In this document: positions 60,598-64,000 of the stretch, piece by piece | Position numbering within the stretch: the stretch's first letter is position 1 | How the letters are laid out: every line of letters starts with the position of its first letter | NCBI GenBank assembly: GCA_043228905.1 | Contig: JBHGNT010000016.1 | Coordinates: 15,810,001 to 15,874,000, forward strand | Length of the DNA stretch: 64,000 nucleotides | Direction: 5' to 3' | From: Azolla caroliniana | Taxonomy: Eukaryota; Plantae; Polypodiophyta | Translations under genes and position numbers: made by a program | Notes under the pieces: generated by a model | Told to the model about the DNA's origin: nothing | The model's database searches: none | Seen by the model: only the letters and a program-made list of their open reading frames with translations

Positions 60598-61283
60598 TGA
60601 TGGGAACTCAAAGCTCCTTATACGCAACGCTCGGCCACAACCGAGCTTAGAATCACACACAGAAAACGGGAAATAATGAACGACACGAAGAAGAGAAGAG
60701 TACGTAGGATGTTTACGTGGAAAACCCTAAGGGAAAAACCACGGCAGCCCACAGGCTGCAAACTATCACTATGTTAGAATGTACAACAGTGAGTTCACGG
60801 AGGCAACGACCTCTGCTCACGATCCTCGCCACAAGCAGCGGTTACAACAGAGGCAACGACCTCTTTCTCTCTCTGTACACAGTTACGCGCTCTCTCTTTT
60901 CTTGCACCAACAAGAATGACAACAATAGTAACTAAAAAAGTTTGCCCTAAGTCATATTTATACTAATATGACTTTTCGGCTATTTACAAATATAGCCTCG
61001 ATGGACTCTCAGAAACATATTTATGAATATGTCTCTTCATCCGGTGAGCATTCCTCACTGGGTCTGCACCATCCGGCTCTCCGTAGCCGGGTACTCCTCA
61101 TCCGGTTCTCACCGGGTCTGCACCATCCGACTCTCCGTAGCCGGGTATTCCTCATCCGGTTTCCACCATCTGCACCATCCGGCTCTCCGTAGCCGGGTAC
61201 TCCTCATCCGGTTAGGCCTCAGCCGAGTTTGTTCATCGGCACGGTTCTTCTCTCTTCCATCCGGAGGGACCTGTCTCCCAACA
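60598..61283 (-). mobile_element. Solo LTR of the Copia C family, TSD TATAC
   Basis: TGATGGGAACTC...CTCCCAACA; TATAC at 60593-60597 and 61284-61288; contains ~3.5 degenerate 54-bp repeats. Confidence 0.93.
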
Positions 61284-61358
61284 TATACTTTATATTACAT
61301 AAAGGATTTGCTTCATGATATAAAATAAAGTTGTATGTTGTATTCAATAGTATTTTGA

Positions 61359-61411
61359 GACTCGAACCCACAACCTCATACACCAAAGTCAACACACCTA
61401 CCATTAGGTTA
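61359..61411 (-). promoter_or_regulatory. tRNA-like A/B-box pair in the solo LTR (further pairs at 60503-60556 - and 61722-61774 +)
   Basis: TAACCTAATGG-32nt-GGTTCGAGTC; TAGAGTAAATGG-31nt-GGTTCAAGTCC; TAGCTTGGCGG-32nt-GGTTCGAGCC. Confidence 0.6.
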
Positions 61412-64000
61412 GGTCCTTTCTCTTTAAGATTATAATTTTCATGTTATTGTTATTGCATATATTGTTTCATACATAAAAGCTCAAATGAGCAAGATGTTTA
61501 TCATGCATCACATGTAATGCATGAACGCCAAATGGCGATCATGCATCACATGCATGTCTTGTACCCTCCAATGCATCATATGCATGGGGGCACCTATTTA
61601 AAGGGTGAAAGAGAAGATCAAAATGGAAGATGTATGAGATATCAATCAAATTATGTATTACATAAGAGATATCATAAAAATAGATAAAGAAGGGAAAAAG
61701 TTTAACATAAAGGTGGAGTTCTAGCTTGGCGGTCGTGGTAGTCAACTCTCAACAAGTGGGAGGCGGTTCGAGCCTTATCTTCATCAAAATATTGAAGTGA
61801 AGATTCTAGTGGTCTACGATCAAGAAAGAGAAGAGAGATTACCTTGCAAGACAAAGTTTGGAGGTTTAACGACGTGCACAATCATTTTGTAACTCTTTCA
61901 TGAAAATGATTATAAATTTCATACACTTTCTCATATATTATTTTATATCTTATCTTGTCTTATCTTATATTCCTTAAAAATCCTATTTTGTCATATCTTA
62001 TTGATCTCTATTTACTCTATCTCTACTCTTTCGTCTCTTTCGTCCATAATCCTAGCGATTCCTTCCTCACTTTCACGATATCTTTTGTCTACGCAACGCT
62101 ACGCTTCTAGGCAAGCCACGCCACGACAACGGACTAGGCGGATCGACACACAATGGAGGCGGCCGACAGTAGAACCAGAGGCATAACCGAAATGCCGAAA
62201 ATAGTTCCGGACCCCCCATGAGTAGGGGGAGTCAAGGCTGTGCCAGAAGCTAGCAAGGAATGGCCACTATGGACTACTCGTACTATGGCCAAAAGGACCA
62301 CAAAGAGAGTGACTGCTACAAAAAGCAACCCGTTTTAGACAAAGTTGGATCGAGCCAGGGGATGTAGATAGGCATCAGTGATCACATTACGCCGAAGGGT
62401 CAAGGCAAGCTTAAATAGGGTTAGCCTTCGTCATGAACCACAAAGACAATTCGATGGTGGTGACACCTCAAGGTCGAACGAGCTATGGTATGTGGATTCA
62501 GGCACATCCAACCACATGATGAATCACAAGGAGTGGTTCTCCATATTGGTGAATCTGAAGCAAGTAGGGGTCATTGAGATTCGCGATGACACCCCTCAGC
62601 CCATCGAACACATCGGAGATGTCCCTCTGAGCCCTATCAGCCAAAGAGGAATCATGAGAAATGTCTTGCATGTGTCGATAGTCACCAAGAACTTGGTGTT
62701 GGTTGGACGAATTGTCGACCAGGCCATGCAAGTTCCATTTACTCACCTTAGGTGCTTTATCGAGGAAGAGGGCAAGAGCATTGCGCAAGGGTGCCGAGAG
62801 GGGAGGATGTTCATCCTCGAAGCAAATGATGTCAACACCGCTATGTTCACCAAAGGACAAAAGGTCGAATCGGATATCGATCTATGGCACAAGCGGTTCA
62901 GCCAAGTCAACTTCCACTAGCTTTGAGAAATGCAGCCAAAGAATATCGTTTTCGGCCTACTGAAATTCAGTGGCCAAAAGGGTCAAGTGTATGAAGCCTG
63001 CTGGTTAGGGAAGCATCCCCGACTTCCTTTCCCCAATGAGCACAATTGGAGTTTAAACAAGCTCGATTTGTTTCACTCAGATGAATGGGGACCGACACAG
63101 AACATGAGCATCGGAGGGAGCCGATATTTCGTGATCTTCATCGATGACTTCACTCGGCATACATGGGCATTCATGATTGAGAAGAAGAGTAAAGTCTTCT
63201 CCTATTTCTTGAAAGTGAAAAGCCTTGTTGAATGGGAAATAGGACGAAAGATCAAATGCCTTAGGACCGATGGCGAAAAGGAGTATTTTTTCGACCAGTT
63301 CTCTAGTTATCTACAAAAGGAAGGAATTTGACATGAATTCTCCTACAAATACACGCCTCAACAGAACGGCGTGGGCAAGTAGAAGAATCAGACAATAGAA
63401 AGGAGAAGCATATGCCGAAGTTCTATTGGGCCGAAGCATTTGGAAAAGCCGTTTCCTTGCAGAGTCAGACATCTACAAATGGAGGAGTGTCGCCACATGA
63501 GTTGTACTTCGGGAAGAAGCCGAACTTGGCACACTTGAGGGTGTTCAACAACATAGCATATGTTCATGTGCCGAAAGAGAAGTGGAGGAAGCTAGATGCC
63601 AAAGCTGAGAAGTATATCTTAGTCAGCCACTCGGACAAGCAAAAGAGTTATAAGTGTTATAACCCCCGAACGAAAGAGGTCTGAGTAAGCCGAGATGTCA
63701 TATTTGATGAGTCAGCTTTGTGGTACTTGCCCTCTTCTCCAAACCTTGTTAACCCTATTCCAAATTCTAAGGATGAGGCCGAGATGCCCCTGGAACAAGA
63801 GGAAATCAAAACTCTAGAAGAGAGTCCACTCTCATTTCGGCTAAGTGGGCCGAATGAGGAACTGAGTCAGAATGACCGGTCGATGTCGAGTCGACCAGTA
63901 GTGGAGACTTGGTCGTGCAGTCTCCGCGCAAGGAATCAAGGAGATAGCTTACGTGCAATGAGAAGGATCCCAATGAATCTAACACGGCCAAGAGTGAAGA

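Larger units (their letters stand above)
60323..62128 (+). mobile_element. Solo LTR of an L-related Gypsy element, 4-bp TSD GCGG/ACGG
   Basis: Perfect 7-bp TIR TGTCGTG...CACGACA; ~1.12 kb after removing the nested LTR; shares sequence with 2145-3231; Copia K sequence rejoins across it. Confidence 0.85.
60171..64000 (+). mobile_element. Copia K (D/I family), gag to integrase, degraded and interrupted by a solo LTR
   Basis: ELQSMLLVEENH; WYVDSGTSNHM; LWHKRF; IKCLRTDGEKEY; YWAEA; runs off the window end. Confidence 0.85.

Overview
Gene-free, heterochromatin-like eukaryotic DNA made almost entirely of nested and decayed transposable elements. The element types (Tcn1-like chromoviruses, 4-bp-TSD Gypsy elements, a Sola-like transposase) suggest a non-seed land plant such as the moss Physcomitrium; this is an inference. 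I resolved about 20 insertions by reading LTR termini, PBS, PPT and target-site duplications. They are: three Tcn1-like chromoviruses (A 3616-9357, A2 26512-32247, fragment A3); a Gypsy group with TGTCGTGAAG-type LTR ends (L, B and a solo LTR; 4-bp TSDs where both ends are visible, tRNA-Trp PBS in L); two Gypsy copies with a large extra 3' ORF (F, G); at least three Copia families (C/H, D/E/I/K/M, J); solo LTRs; a Sola-like DDE transposase remnant; and a probable CACTA end. No intact host gene was found. The most unusual signals are: (1) tRNA-type Pol III A-box/B-box pairs with 31-33 nt spacing embedded in the LTRs of two unrelated Gypsy lineages; (2) a self-priming PBS and a -1 frameshift heptamer plus stem-loop/pseudoknot in the chromoviruses; (3) a conserved coiled-coil extra ORF followed by a covarying hairpin in F/G; (4) a duplicated PPT enclosing a C-terminal extension in one Copia family; and (5) an ~11 kb inversion (~47553-58591). 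All boundaries were read by eye and no database searches were run.
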